From NCBI GenBank assembly GCA_965195285.1, contig CBDAFS010000011.1, positions 9,533 to 73,532 of the forward strand: a DNA stretch of 64,000 nt, read 5' to 3'. The translations under genes and the position numbers were made by a program. Shown one piece after another: positions 21,571 to 30,998 of this stretch. Below the pieces are notes generated by a model, which worked only from the letters and a program-made list of their open reading frames with translations, was not told where the DNA came from and did no database searches. Position 1 is the stretch's first letter. Each line of letters begins with the position of its first letter. This stretch comes from an uncultured Aminicenantes bacterium (lineage in GTDB: Bacteria > Acidobacteriota > Aminicenantia > UBA2199).

Positions 21571-21961
21571 ATTCGGAAGCAGACTGTAAGCCGGGTTCTG
21601 TTGTAAAGGATCATTTATCTGGGCGGTTAATCGCTTAACCGCTCAAGCAGCTAACCCGGGGCTGGCCGGGAAAGCCTTAGCGCCCTCTGTTTAGCCTTGC
21701 TCCGGATGGGGTTTATCTCAGTTCCGGCTGTCGCCAGCCAAAACGGTGAGCTCTTACCTCACCTTTTCACCGTTACCCGGTATTGGCGGAAATTCCGCCG
21801 GCCACCGGGCAGTCTGTTCTCTGTGACACTTTCCTTACTTGCACTATGGCAAGCAGTTCCGGTTGGGAACCATCCTTCCCTGCGGAGCCCGGACTTTCCT
21901 CCGGTATCCCGGACCGGTTACCCGGTTCAGAATCCCGGTGATCCTTCATCTGCTTCCGAAT
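21571..21961 (-). ncRNA. rnpB: RNase P RNA, bacterial type A
   Basis: Minus strand has GAGGAAAGTCCGGGCTCC, GGTGAAAAGGTGAGGTAAGAGCTCACC, AAACCCCATCCGGAGCAAGGC and ACAGAACCCGGCTTAC. P1 is formed by ATTCGGAAGCAGAT / GTCTGCTTCCGAAT; P18 has a GCGA tetraloop. Confidence 0.97.
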
Positions 21962-23321
21962 GATCCGGTATGATTATACCAAGAAATTCGATTTTTTTAT
22001 ACAGATTGCTCCGGGGTAACTGGATTTCTCGGGCAGTCCTGGCAATGTTGAAGCGGAATTCCTTCAGTTTTTCTTCCAGAAAATGTTTTTCCGATTGCTG
22101 TTTGAACTGTTTCCAGGAGGTAATATTTTGAAATGAAAATTCATGGGGTTTTTCCTCTACCTGAAAATAATCCGGTAAATCATTTTCGGTTATGGTTTTG
22201 TTTTCGGACATGATTAACAGTCGTTCCACCAGGTTGCGCAATTCCCGTACATTGCCTTTCCAGATATAGTTGATCATCATGTCCAGGGATTTTTTTGAAA
22301 ATGATTTTTTTTTATAATTGTTTTCTTCGGAAAAATACTCGATAAAATGGTTAATAAGCAGTGGAATATCTGTCCTTCTTTCAATGAGGGAGGGGCAGTA
22401 CACCGGAACCACATTGAGTCTGAAATACAGGTCATCGCGGAAATTCCCCTTTTTTAATTCTTCCTTCAGATCTTTATTGGTGGCTGAAATGACTCGTACA
22501 TCGACTTTTTTGATCTCTGCGGAACCGACTCGCTGTATTTCGCCTTCTTCCAGTACTCGCAGTACTTTTGCCTGCGCTTTCAAACTGAGATCACCCACTT
22601 CATCCAGAAAAATGCTTCCTTGGTGGGCATTTTCAAACTTTCCTATTTTTTTTTCATAGGCCCCTGTAAAAGAGCCCTTTTCATGACCGAACAATTCACT
22701 TTCAATCAATTCATCCGGAATGGCAGCGCAGTTGACCTGGACAAACTTTTTATCCTTTCTCCGGGAAAAGTGGTGAATGTTGCGTGAAATCAATTCTTTA
22801 CCGGTTCCGCTATGACCGAAGATGAGAACGGTTGAATCGCTTTTGGCTACTCGTTGAATGATTTCCCTCAGTTTTTTCATTACCGGTGATTCACCGATCA
22901 GAACATATTTTTTTTTACTGATTCCTTTCAGGTTGTAGTTCTCCTTGAGAAGGTTCACCTTTTCAGAGGCATTGCGGACCGTAAGCAGTAATTTTTCCCT
23001 GGATATGGGTTTTTCCAGAAAATCAAAGGCACCCAGCCGGGACGCTTCCAAAGCTTCCTGGATGCCGGAGTGGCCTGAAATCATGATTATTTCGGACATT
23101 TTATTAATGTTTTTTAAATTCTTTAATACCTCGATACCATCAAAGCCCGGCATTTTCACATCCAGCAATACGATATCGGGATTCAGTGTCTTAAATAACT
23201 CCATGCCGTCCAGGCCGCTGTTGCAGGTTTCTACCTGGTAATTTTCGTAGGTAAGAACCATTTTTATGGATTCCAGAATATTCTTCTCGTCATCAATGAC
23301 CAGTATTTTTATATCTTCCAT
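21927..23321 (-). CDS. Sigma54-interaction (NtrC/NtrX-like) response regulator
   Basis: Receiver LVIDDE/LDVKMPG/KP; AAA+ GHSGTGKEL, NCAAIP, ESELFGHEKGSFTGA, FLDEVGDL, FRDDLYFRLNV, WKGNVRELRN; Fis-type HTH. Confidence 0.95.
   Translation of the reverse strand: MEDIKILVIDDEKNILESIKMVLTYENYQVETCNSGLDGMELFKTLNPDIVLLDVKMPGFDGIEVLKNLKNINKMSEIIMISGHSGIQEALEASRLGAFDFLEKPISREKLLLTVRNASEKVNLLKENYNLKGISKKKYVLIGESPVMKKLREIIQRVAKSDSTVLIFGHSGTGKELISRNIHHFSRRKDKKFVQVNCAAIPDELIESELFGHEKGSFTGAYEKKIGKFENAHQGSIFLDEVGDLSLKAQAKVLRVLEEGEIQRVGSAEIKKVDVRVISATNKDLKEELKKGNFRDDLYFRLNVVPVYCPSLIERRTDIPLLINHFIEYFSEENNYKKKSFSKKSLDMMINYIWKGNVRELRNLVERLLIMSENKTITENDLPDYFQVEEKPHEFSFQNITSWKQFKQQSEKHFLEEKLKEFRFNIARTAREIQLPRSNLYKKIEFLGIIIPDHSEADEGSPGF
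21973..21981 (-). promoter_or_regulatory. Extended -10 promoter for rnpB embedded in the upstream CDS
   Basis: TGG-TATAAT on the minus strand about 12 nt upstream of the P1 5' strand; no good -35. Confidence 0.55.
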
Positions 23322-23327
23322 GCTTCA

Positions 23328-23356
23328 TATATAGCAAAAAGGTGATCAGATTTCAA
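23328..23356 (-). promoter_or_regulatory. Sigma70-type promoter, probably leaderless, for the NtrX-like regulator
   Basis: TTGAAA-N17-TATATA with TGn, ending 6 nt before the ATG at 23321; no Shine-Dalgarno. Confidence 0.5.
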
Positions 23357-23408
23357 TCGAAAAGTATAGATATTATCAGATTTGAATTTTTTTAACCAGA
23401 CTGAAAAA

Positions 23409-24773
23409 TTAGCGGGTTGACCAGCTTTTTTTGGTAATGGTCAACCCGGCGGTGGTAAATATCAAGATGGTGAAAATACTGCTGAATATGGAAAAAATGA
23501 GGACATAGGGAAAGTCCTTCTTGCCCTCGATCCTTAAATAGTAAAGCATATAGAAAAATCCGAAGAGTATGGAATAGGCCAGAATTCTGAAAATCAGGTG
23601 GCTGTCAATGAAACCTGAAAATAGAAAATAGTAAAACCAGATGAAATGAAGGATCAGCAGGGAAACCGTGGAGAAGAATTCAAGAAAAGGGAGAATTCGG
23701 TTGCCCTTTCTCTTTTCACTCAGCATAAAACCGGAAAAAATGATGCTTTCCCTGATATTGCTGCGGGCCCAGCGGGTCAGCATTTTCAGAATATTTTGGA
23801 GCTGAACCGGAATGATGGTAAAGGCATAGGCTTTCCGCTGGTAAAAGGTCCCGAACCCATTACGCAGAATATGGTTGGTTAGGCTGCGGTCTTCTCCGTA
23901 GGTACAATATTTATTTAAAAATTTCTGATTCAACCATTTTTCCAGCACCTGGTGGAGCACTTCACTGCGGTAGGCGGTAAAGGCCCCGGATAGACAAAGA
24001 ACGCTGGAAAAGGTGGATTGAACGGCCCGGGTAAAATCAAACGCCATGGCAAAATGGGCATTCAGCATTTTGGTGAACAGGTTGGCACTGCTGTTCCAGA
24101 TTTTAATCCGGCCGGTTACAGCTCCGATTTTTTCATTCAAAATGAGCGGGGAGATAATTTCCCGGATAGCGTTGGTATCCAGACGGGTATCCGAATCAAC
24201 CGTGATTACATAGGGAGTCGTGGCTTTCTTGTAAGCCTGGTACAGGGCTTTTCGCTTGCCCTGATTTTTAGAGAATTTGATCAATTCCACCAAGTGGGGG
24301 AATTGATCAGCTGCTTTTTTCATATGGAAATAGGTGTCATCGGTTGAACCGTCGTCGATGCCGATGATTTTAAGCTTTTCCATGGGATAATTGCTGTTGG
24401 TGATTGAGCAAATGGTCTGGTAAATAATTTTGCTCTCATTGTAGGCTGGTATAACAACCGTAATATCAGGCCAGTTTTTCACCATAGTAGAATCATAAGC
24501 TCGGTACCTGAACCAGAGATAGGTCCGGAATGCCAGAGAAGAGACGAATATCAAGCTGCTGATAAACAACATGTATTTGAACAACAGACTGGCCTGATTC
24601 CCCATCTGATAAAATTTCCAGTGAAACAGCATGTTCTGCCTGAGGGCAATGGCAATGATGGTAATCCCGAAAACCAGAATAGAGAAACGAACCACTGGTT
24701 CCCACATGTCCCAGTTGAACAGACTTTTGGGTTTTATGAGCAGCAATTGCTGGCTGCTGTGAATTTTTTTCAT
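23409..24773 (-). CDS. Processive GT2 glycosyltransferase, hyaluronan synthase/NodC-like
   Basis: IPAYNE, DDGSTD, GKRKAL, VDSDT, CLSGAFTAYR, GEDRSLTN, MLTRW (variant of QxxRW); N- and C-terminal TM helices. ATG start at 24773 preferred. Confidence 0.88.
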   Translation of the reverse strand: MKKIHSSQQLLLIKPKSLFNWDMWEPVVRFSILVFGITIIAIALRQNMLFHWKFYQMGNQASLLFKYMLFISSLIFVSSLAFRTYLWFRYRAYDSTMVKNWPDITVVIPAYNESKIIYQTICSITNSNYPMEKLKIIGIDDGSTDDTYFHMKKAADQFPHLVELIKFSKNQGKRKALYQAYKKATTPYVITVDSDTRLDTNAIREIISPLILNEKIGAVTGRIKIWNSSANLFTKMLNAHFAMAFDFTRAVQSTFSSVLCLSGAFTAYRSEVLHQVLEKWLNQKFLNKYCTYGEDRSLTNHILRNGFGTFYQRKAYAFTIIPVQLQNILKMLTRWARSNIRESIIFSGFMLSEKRKGNRILPFLEFFSTVSLLILHFIWFYYFLFSGFIDSHLIFRILAYSILFGFFYMLYYLRIEGKKDFPYVLIFSIFSSIFTILIFTTAGLTITKKSWSTR

Positions 24774-24981
24774 GTTGTTTCCATTCAAGTTATTACCAGT
24801 CGATATTTTAAAAAAAAAGACATTTAAATATGCACTCTTTATTTTTTATTGACAAACCAATTTGAATAATCGGTCAATGTAATTACTATACCGAAAATGC
24901 AGGTAAAAGTCAATAGTTTCCTCTCTCCAATATTTGAATGGGGTGCCAATTGGCCGTCAGGGCATTGTTTTTAGCGATGGG

Positions 24982-25323
24982 TTATGAGGTTTTTTCAAAT
25001 TCCCTTTGACAATCGATGCAGTACTTGGTAAAAGGTAGAATCTGAAGACGCTTAATAGGGATGTTTTGATTACAGTTCAGGCATTTCCCATAGGTGTTGT
25101 TTTCAATTCGCTTCAGGGCTTCGTCAACATCCATCAAGTTTTTGTGAAAATTTGAAGAAACGGCAAAACCGGTCATCTTTTCGATCAGGTTGGTGGCCAG
25201 GTCAATTTCATCGGTTGAATATTCCGCTTCGGAATAGTCTTCGTTTGATTCTAGTATTTTATGAAGTTCGTCTTTCAGTTTCAATAACGCTTTTTTAAAT
25301 TTTTCAAGATCTTTCTTTTCCAT
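24982..25323 (-). CDS. dksA: DksA/TraR C4-type zinc finger protein
   Basis: DEIDLA (DxxDxA) coiled-coil tip, ALKRIE--TYGKCLNC, RLQILP--KYCIDCQ. Confidence 0.85.
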   Translation of the reverse strand: MEKKDLEKFKKALLKLKDELHKILESNEDYSEAEYSTDEIDLATNLIEKMTGFAVSSNFHKNLMDVDEALKRIENNTYGKCLNCNQNIPIKRLQILPFTKYCIDCQREFEKTS

Positions 25324-25347
25324 GTGAAATCCTTTTTTTTATGGGTA

Positions 25348-25376
25348 ACTATAGAATGAGTTTTCAAAAAAGTCAA
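25348..25376 (-). promoter_or_regulatory. Sigma70-type promoter of dksA
   Basis: TTGACT-N17-TATAGT. Confidence 0.6.
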
Positions 25377-25416
25377 TACTTTTTAAAAAAAAAGCACAAA
25401 TTATTTTTTAACTTTT

Positions 25417-26226
25417 TTAGAATAAAAATATTTGCAGCGGGGGGATATCATATGGCTGGCTTCCCCTTGATTTTCCCCTGAAAGAGACCTTCTCGTAATT
25501 GGTTTTTCCCCTAGCGGGGATTTGTCTTGAACCCAATGCGGCCAGGATTGAAGCCCCGGTAGGTGTGCACAGTTCTTTTTCAATGGGACCCTTTTCCCAG
25601 TTTATTCTGTAACTGTCCAGAATAATTCTGGTGGCCGGGGCCGGTATCCCGTGGGTACCATGGGAAAAATGGATGTGGCCGCCTCCCACTGAAACCGATT
25701 TGGATAAGGTGGCCATGGGATTGATTCTCAGGCTCTGCAGCCCGGTAACCGCTCCGATGATATCCACGATGATATCCTGGGCTTCATGGAGAAAGGTGAT
25801 CTCCGGCTGTGAATGATCGGATGATGGTTTTAAATTGGCAGGGGAATGGTGATGGTCCGCTTGACCATGATCATGGATGACAATTTTAAAATCCTTATGG
25901 GCTTTTTTTTCAGCCCGGACCAATATTTCCAGGATGCGGTTCCCGAAAAGTCGGTATTCTTTTTCAATGTGGAATTGTCGGTACAGTTCATTCAGGTAAA
26001 CTCCGGCTTCTTCATCACTAAGATGAGGCCGGCTGGAATTCAACTGGATTTTTAACCGGGTACTCCCATCTGCGGTCCGGGCTATATCAATGCCGGCGGT
26101 TCCCAGTTTTTCCGCAGCTGCCTGCATGACCTGTTTCATGGTTTTCAAATTGGCTCCCGCGGATATGAGAGCGGCTGAGAACATATCTCCGGCCATTCCA
26201 CCGGAAGGATCAATGATAAACTTCAT
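25417..26226 (-). CDS. larC: LarC-family nickel insertion protein, N-terminal domain only
   Basis: DPSGGMAGDMF-ALI--GA, AEKKAH, His-rich segment, LHEAQDIIVDIIG, HGTHGIPAPAT, ELCTPTGASIL. Confidence 0.82.
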   Translation of the reverse strand: MKFIIDPSGGMAGDMFSAALISAGANLKTMKQVMQAAAEKLGTAGIDIARTADGSTRLKIQLNSSRPHLSDEEAGVYLNELYRQFHIEKEYRLFGNRILEILVRAEKKAHKDFKIVIHDHGQADHHHSPANLKPSSDHSQPEITFLHEAQDIIVDIIGAVTGLQSLRINPMATLSKSVSVGGGHIHFSHGTHGIPAPATRIILDSYRINWEKGPIEKELCTPTGASILAALGSRQIPARGKTNYEKVSFRGKSRGSQPYDIPPLQIFLF

Positions 26227-26244
26227 TTTGTCTTCCGGATGGGG

Positions 26245-28083
26245 TCATTGCTGGATGACGGTTTCAGACCGTTTGGATGGGTCGGAAAGAATGAGGATCT
26301 TATTGTTTTTCAAATCCAGTTTCAATTGCTTACTCTTGGTTAATCCTTCACTCTGACTTTTGATTTGAGCGGAACCGGAGAAGATCATCATTTCCTCCGG
26401 GTATTTCCAGTTGACCTTTTTAGATGTGCCCTGAATGCCTTCATTGACAAAGTGAACATTTTTTTCACCGGTTATGGTTTCCAGTTCGTTCTGGTCGTTG
26501 AAGCTGATTTTCAGTAGATCAGCCCTCAGGATACGACTATTATTCTTCATGACTCCCTTACCCTTGATGGCGATTACTCTTTTTTTGGGATCAAACCCGA
26601 TATAATCTCCCCTCAGGTTGATATCATTTTTCTTTTCCTTAAATGTGAGAGACACATTTCCACTGGCATTTATCTGGTTTTTTTCTAAAATCTCGAGCTT
26701 ATCGCTTTTAATGATGGTTTCATTTTGCTGAAGCCGGATGTTGTCTTTATAAACAACCTTGTTCTCGCGGTTGTAGATTTCAATCACCTTGGCATTTACG
26801 AAAATTGAATCAGTGGAAAAAAGGGCATCCTGTCTGTCCGGTTTGATGATTGACTTGATACCCACTTCAGAGGTCAGGATATCCTTCTGGGTATTGATGA
26901 TGAAATCACTGGAGATAAACGTATTTTGGTCTTTTTTAATTTCGGATTTTTCACCGGTCAGGTGGATAATATTTTTTTGTACATCATGAGTCATTTTTTT
27001 GCTATGACCGTGGTATTCATCAATTTTGAAAACACAATTTCTTAGGGCTTCCCCGTAAATAATATCGGCATTCCTGAATTTTAAAAAGATTTTGTGGGCT
27101 GATATGTTAAAGTTCGATCTGCCCGTGCTCTTGACTTTACCGCCCGGAGAGATTCTGGCTTCGAACATCTGCCCGGTTTCCGGATTGAATTTCATTTTTA
27201 CGAAAGGGGAGGTGATTTCAGTATGATTCTGTTTGCTCTTCAGGTCTATCCGGGTGTTTTTTCGTGCCACGGCCATTCTCAATTTTCCTTTCTGGTTGAA
27301 AAAGCTCTCCAGGGAATTTGATTTGAGTTCCATGGTTTCATTTTTAGCCGGGTCTTTACGATAGAGGGTGCTGTTCTTTTGAGAGGATGAACGTTTGATT
27401 TGCTTGAAATCCTTGGTGAAGCTCAAGACCAGGCGGTCGCTTGTCAGCAGGGTTTTTTCCCCTTTGATTTCGGTATTGGTCTCGAACACCACGGTATTGC
27501 TCTTGTCAATGATCCACAATTCATCGGTCTGATAGAGGAATTGTTGCCCCTCACTGGAGTAGGTCCCCTGAGTATCGAATAATTTGATGACATTTACCTT
27601 AACATAATACTCCATGCCTTTCTGGGCAATACCCTTTAAATTCTTGGCCTGATAGTCGACAACCGCCTGGGTGAATAACTTATGCTTGGATTTGATGGTG
27701 AAATTTTCACAGGAAATATCCAGGTCATTCGAGATGATTTTGACATTTTGATCCAGAAAAAACGAATTGATATTGGAAGTGGCATATCCCCGGTCACCGG
27801 AAACATAGATTTCCTGGTCCAGTTTTCCCTTTTTAAAGATAGTAGCCCTGATATTTTTCATCAGGGTCATATCTTTATCCTGCTGCTGGGATTCCGAGCA
27901 GGTGACTTCAATACTCTTCTCGTTGTGTTTATTGAAAGCCACATATTTCATCTCAATTCCGTCGGGTTCGTAATCGGTGAGGGAATCTGTTCTTTTCCGG
28001 GGTTGAAATTCTGCAAAAATAGTATACAGCAGAACCACAAACAGCAGCAAAACGAAAATCTTGAACAGGGTTTTGTATTTCAT
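26245..28083 (-). CDS. Membrane-anchored LptC/LptA (OstA-like) repeat protein
   Basis: Single N-terminal TM helix followed by about 580 aa of alternating beta-strand repeats (LRADLLKI, ASGNVSL, YKDNIRLQQ, FSGSAQI) and a LptA-like C-terminus (RSETVIQQ). Confidence 0.7.
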   Translation of the reverse strand: MKYKTLFKIFVLLLFVVLLYTIFAEFQPRKRTDSLTDYEPDGIEMKYVAFNKHNEKSIEVTCSESQQQDKDMTLMKNIRATIFKKGKLDQEIYVSGDRGYATSNINSFFLDQNVKIISNDLDISCENFTIKSKHKLFTQAVVDYQAKNLKGIAQKGMEYYVKVNVIKLFDTQGTYSSEGQQFLYQTDELWIIDKSNTVVFETNTEIKGEKTLLTSDRLVLSFTKDFKQIKRSSSQKNSTLYRKDPAKNETMELKSNSLESFFNQKGKLRMAVARKNTRIDLKSKQNHTEITSPFVKMKFNPETGQMFEARISPGGKVKSTGRSNFNISAHKIFLKFRNADIIYGEALRNCVFKIDEYHGHSKKMTHDVQKNIIHLTGEKSEIKKDQNTFISSDFIINTQKDILTSEVGIKSIIKPDRQDALFSTDSIFVNAKVIEIYNRENKVVYKDNIRLQQNETIIKSDKLEILEKNQINASGNVSLTFKEKKNDINLRGDYIGFDPKKRVIAIKGKGVMKNNSRILRADLLKISFNDQNELETITGEKNVHFVNEGIQGTSKKVNWKYPEEMMIFSGSAQIKSQSEGLTKSKQLKLDLKNNKILILSDPSKRSETVIQQ

Positions 28084-28116
28084 CAGAACTTAATGTATCC
28101 TTATGTTTTTGGGTAG

Positions 28117-28145
28117 ATTTTACTTGGTTTTAAGGTTGATGTCAA
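28117..28145 (-). promoter_or_regulatory. Sigma70 promoter of the lptC/A-like-larC operon
   Basis: TTGACA-N17-TAAAAT on the minus strand. Confidence 0.7.
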
Positions 28146-28230
28146 TGAAGGCCTCTGTCAGGACCGGCTTGATCCGGTTTCAGAAATTCACCGGGGCTTA
28201 ATAAGGGTGGCGTTTGTCGGTTGGTAGATA

Positions 28231-28259
28231 TTGATTTTGGCAGTCTTTTCAAGTAAAAT
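28231..28259 (+). promoter_or_regulatory. Sigma70 promoter of lepB, probably leaderless
   Basis: TTGATT-N17-TAAAAT ending 5 nt before the ATG at 28265. Confidence 0.6.
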
Positions 28260-28264
28260 ACTAA

Positions 28265-28990
28265 ATGATTAAAAAATTAATTGAAAAACGGAAGGAAAAA
28301 AAGAGACTCATCCGGGAACGTAGAAAGGAAATAGGGATCTTCCGGGAATACTTCGAACTTTTTGCGGAAGTACTGATTTATGTATTTTTTGTCATGACTT
28401 TCCTGCTTCAATCTTTTGTGATTCCCACCGGTTCCATGGAAGATACCCTGCTGATCGGAGATCATCTGTTGGTTGATAAGGTATCCTATTCTCGTTCACT
28501 CGGATCCGTGGACAGCCTGGTCTTTCCCCAGCAGGAAATCAAAAGAGGCATGATTGTGACCTTTAAGTCACCGGCGGAAATGGACAAGGAATATGTCAAG
28601 CGGGTCATTGGTTTACCGGGCGAAACCATTAAAATCATTGATAAAAAAGTGTATATTAATAATGAGCTTTTGGAAGAATCCTATACCTTTTTTAAGGATT
28701 CAGATATGCTCAACAGCTACCGGGATAATTTCCCTGAATACCGGATTCCAGCCAGCCAGTATTTTTGCATGGGAGATAATCGGGACAATAGTTTTGATTC
28801 CCGGTTCTGGGGGCCGGTTCACCAGGATTTAATCATCGGCAAGCCCTGGCGAATATACTGGTCCTATGAATCTTCAACCAAGGAATACCTGACCACTGGA
28901 GTTCTTCATAAAATCAAAGACATATTCCAGACCATTATTCATTTTTTTCCCAAAACCCGATGGGAAAGGACGGTTAAAAAGATCAAATAA
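28265..28990 (+). CDS. lepB: Signal peptidase I
   Basis: IPTGSMEDTLLIGD (catalytic Ser), YVKRVIGLPGE (catalytic Lys), MGDNRDNSFDSRFWG. Confidence 0.96.
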   Translation: MIKKLIEKRKEKKRLIRERRKEIGIFREYFELFAEVLIYVFFVMTFLLQSFVIPTGSMEDTLLIGDHLLVDKVSYSRSLGSVDSLVFPQQEIKRGMIVTFKSPAEMDKEYVKRVIGLPGETIKIIDKKVYINNELLEESYTFFKDSDMLNSYRDNFPEYRIPASQYFCMGDNRDNSFDSRFWGPVHQDLIIGKPWRIYWSYESSTKEYLTTGVLHKIKDIFQTIIHFFPKTRWERTVKKIK

Positions 28991-29063
28991 AAATTCGGGT
29001 CCGAGACGTTGGGGATTGAAGAAATTTCTGATTTATATATAATATATTCAAGGAGAAATATTC

Positions 29064-30041
29064 ATGGCTAAACGGGTATTGATAACCGGTATTACCGGAC
29101 AGGACGGTTCTTATCTGGCTGATTTTCTACTGGGAAAGGGGTATGATGTGTTTGGCATGGTCAGGCGTTCCAGCATGGAAAAATTTGACCGGATAGAGCA
29201 TATCAAGGATGAAATTACCATCAAGCAGGCGGATCTTCTGGACCAGTACTCTTTGATAAAAATAATCGAAGACATTAAGCCTGAAGAAATCTACAACCTT
29301 GCGGCCATGAGTTTTGTGCCCACATCCTGGAATCAACCCGTATTAACCGCTCAATTTACGGCTATCGGTGTGACCCGGGTACTGGAGGCCATCCGGGCCA
29401 TCAATCCCAAAATTAAATTTTACCAGGCTTCATCCTCGGAAATGTTTGGCAAGGTCAAGTCAATTCCCCAGAATGAAAAGACGCCCTTTCACCCCCGCAG
29501 TCCCTACGGGGTGGCTAAGGTATACGGTCACTGGATTACAGTCAACTATCGGGAAAGCTATGATATTTTTGCCGCATCCGGTATCCTGTTCAATCATGAA
29601 TCACCCAGGAGGGGAATTGAATTCGTCACCCGAAAAATCACTTACAATGCAGCCAAAATAAAACTGGGGCTTTTGAAGGAATTGCCCCTGGGCAACCTTG
29701 AAGCCAAGCGAGACTGGGGCTATGCCGGTGATTTTGTGCGGGCCATGTGGTTGATGTTGCAGCATGATACTCCCGAAGATTTTGTGATTTCTACCGGAGA
29801 GACCCATTCGGTACGGGAACTGGTAGAAATTGCTTTTTCCCGGCTGGATCTGGATTATAATGAATATGTCATCCTGGATAAACAATTCATGAGACCGGCA
29901 GAAGTGGATCTTTTGATCGGGGATTCCTCTAAAGCCAAGGAAAAACTGGGCTGGGAACCCACTGTTGGTTTTCGACAGTTGATTGAGATGATGGTGGATT
30001 CGGATATAGAACTGATCAAAGAGGAATATGACCTGAAGTGA
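29064..30041 (+). CDS. gmd: GDP-mannose 4,6-dehydratase
   Basis: [58 protein letters not shown]. Confidence 0.97.
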   Translation: MAKRVLITGITGQDGSYLADFLLGKGYDVFGMVRRSSMEKFDRIEHIKDEITIKQADLLDQYSLIKIIEDIKPEEIYNLAAMSFVPTSWNQPVLTAQFTAIGVTRVLEAIRAINPKIKFYQASSSEMFGKVKSIPQNEKTPFHPRSPYGVAKVYGHWITVNYRESYDIFAASGILFNHESPRRGIEFVTRKITYNAAKIKLGLLKELPLGNLEAKRDWGYAGDFVRAMWLMLQHDTPEDFVISTGETHSVRELVEIAFSRLDLDYNEYVILDKQFMRPAEVDLLIGDSSKAKEKLGWEPTVGFRQLIEMMVDSDIELIKEEYDLK

Positions 30042-30094
30042 TTTTCATCATGATGTTTACTTTTTTTATTAAACGTTAGGCCATTAATTATTGC

Positions 30095-30952
30095 ATGAAC
30101 ATTGTCTTATCCGAATTTCTAAGTTATTGTTTTGGGGTTAGACGGACTTTAAATCTGGTAAATAAACTGTTGGCGGCGAGGCAAAAAGGGAATTATTATA
30201 TGCTGGGAGAAATCGTACACAATGAGCATGTCATTGCCGACCTGAAGCAAAAGGGATTAAAAATTGTAAGCCAACCGGAGCAGGTCAGGGATAAGGGAAC
30301 TGTTATTATTCAGAGTCACGGTACTTCTCTGCAGGCCATTCGCCTTTTGAAAAGCCGGGGGATTCCGTTTATCGATGCTACCTGTCCGATGGTTAAAATC
30401 ATCCATCAGCATATCAGAGACCTGGAGGAAGCCGGCTATTATCCTGTGGTCATTGGCAAAAAAGGCCATGACGAAGTAGAGGGAATTGTCGGTCAGGTCA
30501 GAGAAGCCTTGATTGTTGGTGAGGTGTCTGATGTCACCGCGGAAAAATTCAAAGGGCTCACCCGGGTGGGTGTGGTTATTCAATCCACCTTTATCCGGGA
30601 AAAAGCCTTGAGCATCAGGGATGAAATCCGGAAATGGGTGGCAGATATCAAGCTGATTGATACTATCTGTGCTCCCACCATTTCCCGTCAGCAGGAAATC
30701 CGGGAAAAGGCCGGTCAGCATGATTGTATTTTGATCATTGGCAGCTGTTCCAGTGCCAATACCAACCATCTATATCAATTGGCCAGGAAGGAAAAGGATT
30801 GTGTATACCTGATCGATTCACCGGCACAAATCGGGTCTATTGCCCTGCCGGACCGGGGATCAATTTTTATTGCCTCCGGCGCATCAACGCCGGAGTATTT
30901 GATTGATGAGATCATATCATTACTTGAAAAAAGAATAATTTCTAATACATAA
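30095..30952 (+). CDS. ispH: 4-hydroxy-3-methylbut-2-enyl diphosphate reductase
   Basis: YCFGV, IVHN, SHG, DATCPMV, HDEV, QST, DTICAPT--RQ, SSANT, SGASTP. Confidence 0.93.
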   Translation: MNIVLSEFLSYCFGVRRTLNLVNKLLAARQKGNYYMLGEIVHNEHVIADLKQKGLKIVSQPEQVRDKGTVIIQSHGTSLQAIRLLKSRGIPFIDATCPMVKIIHQHIRDLEEAGYYPVVIGKKGHDEVEGIVGQVREALIVGEVSDVTAEKFKGLTRVGVVIQSTFIREKALSIRDEIRKWVADIKLIDTICAPTISRQQEIREKAGQHDCILIIGSCSSANTNHLYQLARKEKDCVYLIDSPAQIGSIALPDRGSIFIASGASTPEYLIDEIISLLEKRIISNT

Positions 30953-30998
30953 TCGGCCTGGTTATCTGGTACAATCCTGAAGTCGTCCCCACCGCTTT

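Noticed and set aside
21697-21963. 88-aa plus-strand ORF in the supplied track
   Set aside because: It is the antisense shadow of the RNase P RNA gene.
25401-25583. Alternate-frame ORF as larC2 reached by frameshifting
   Set aside because: It overlaps the conserved end of the LarC N-domain, extends only a few codons past it and has no LarC2-like sequence.
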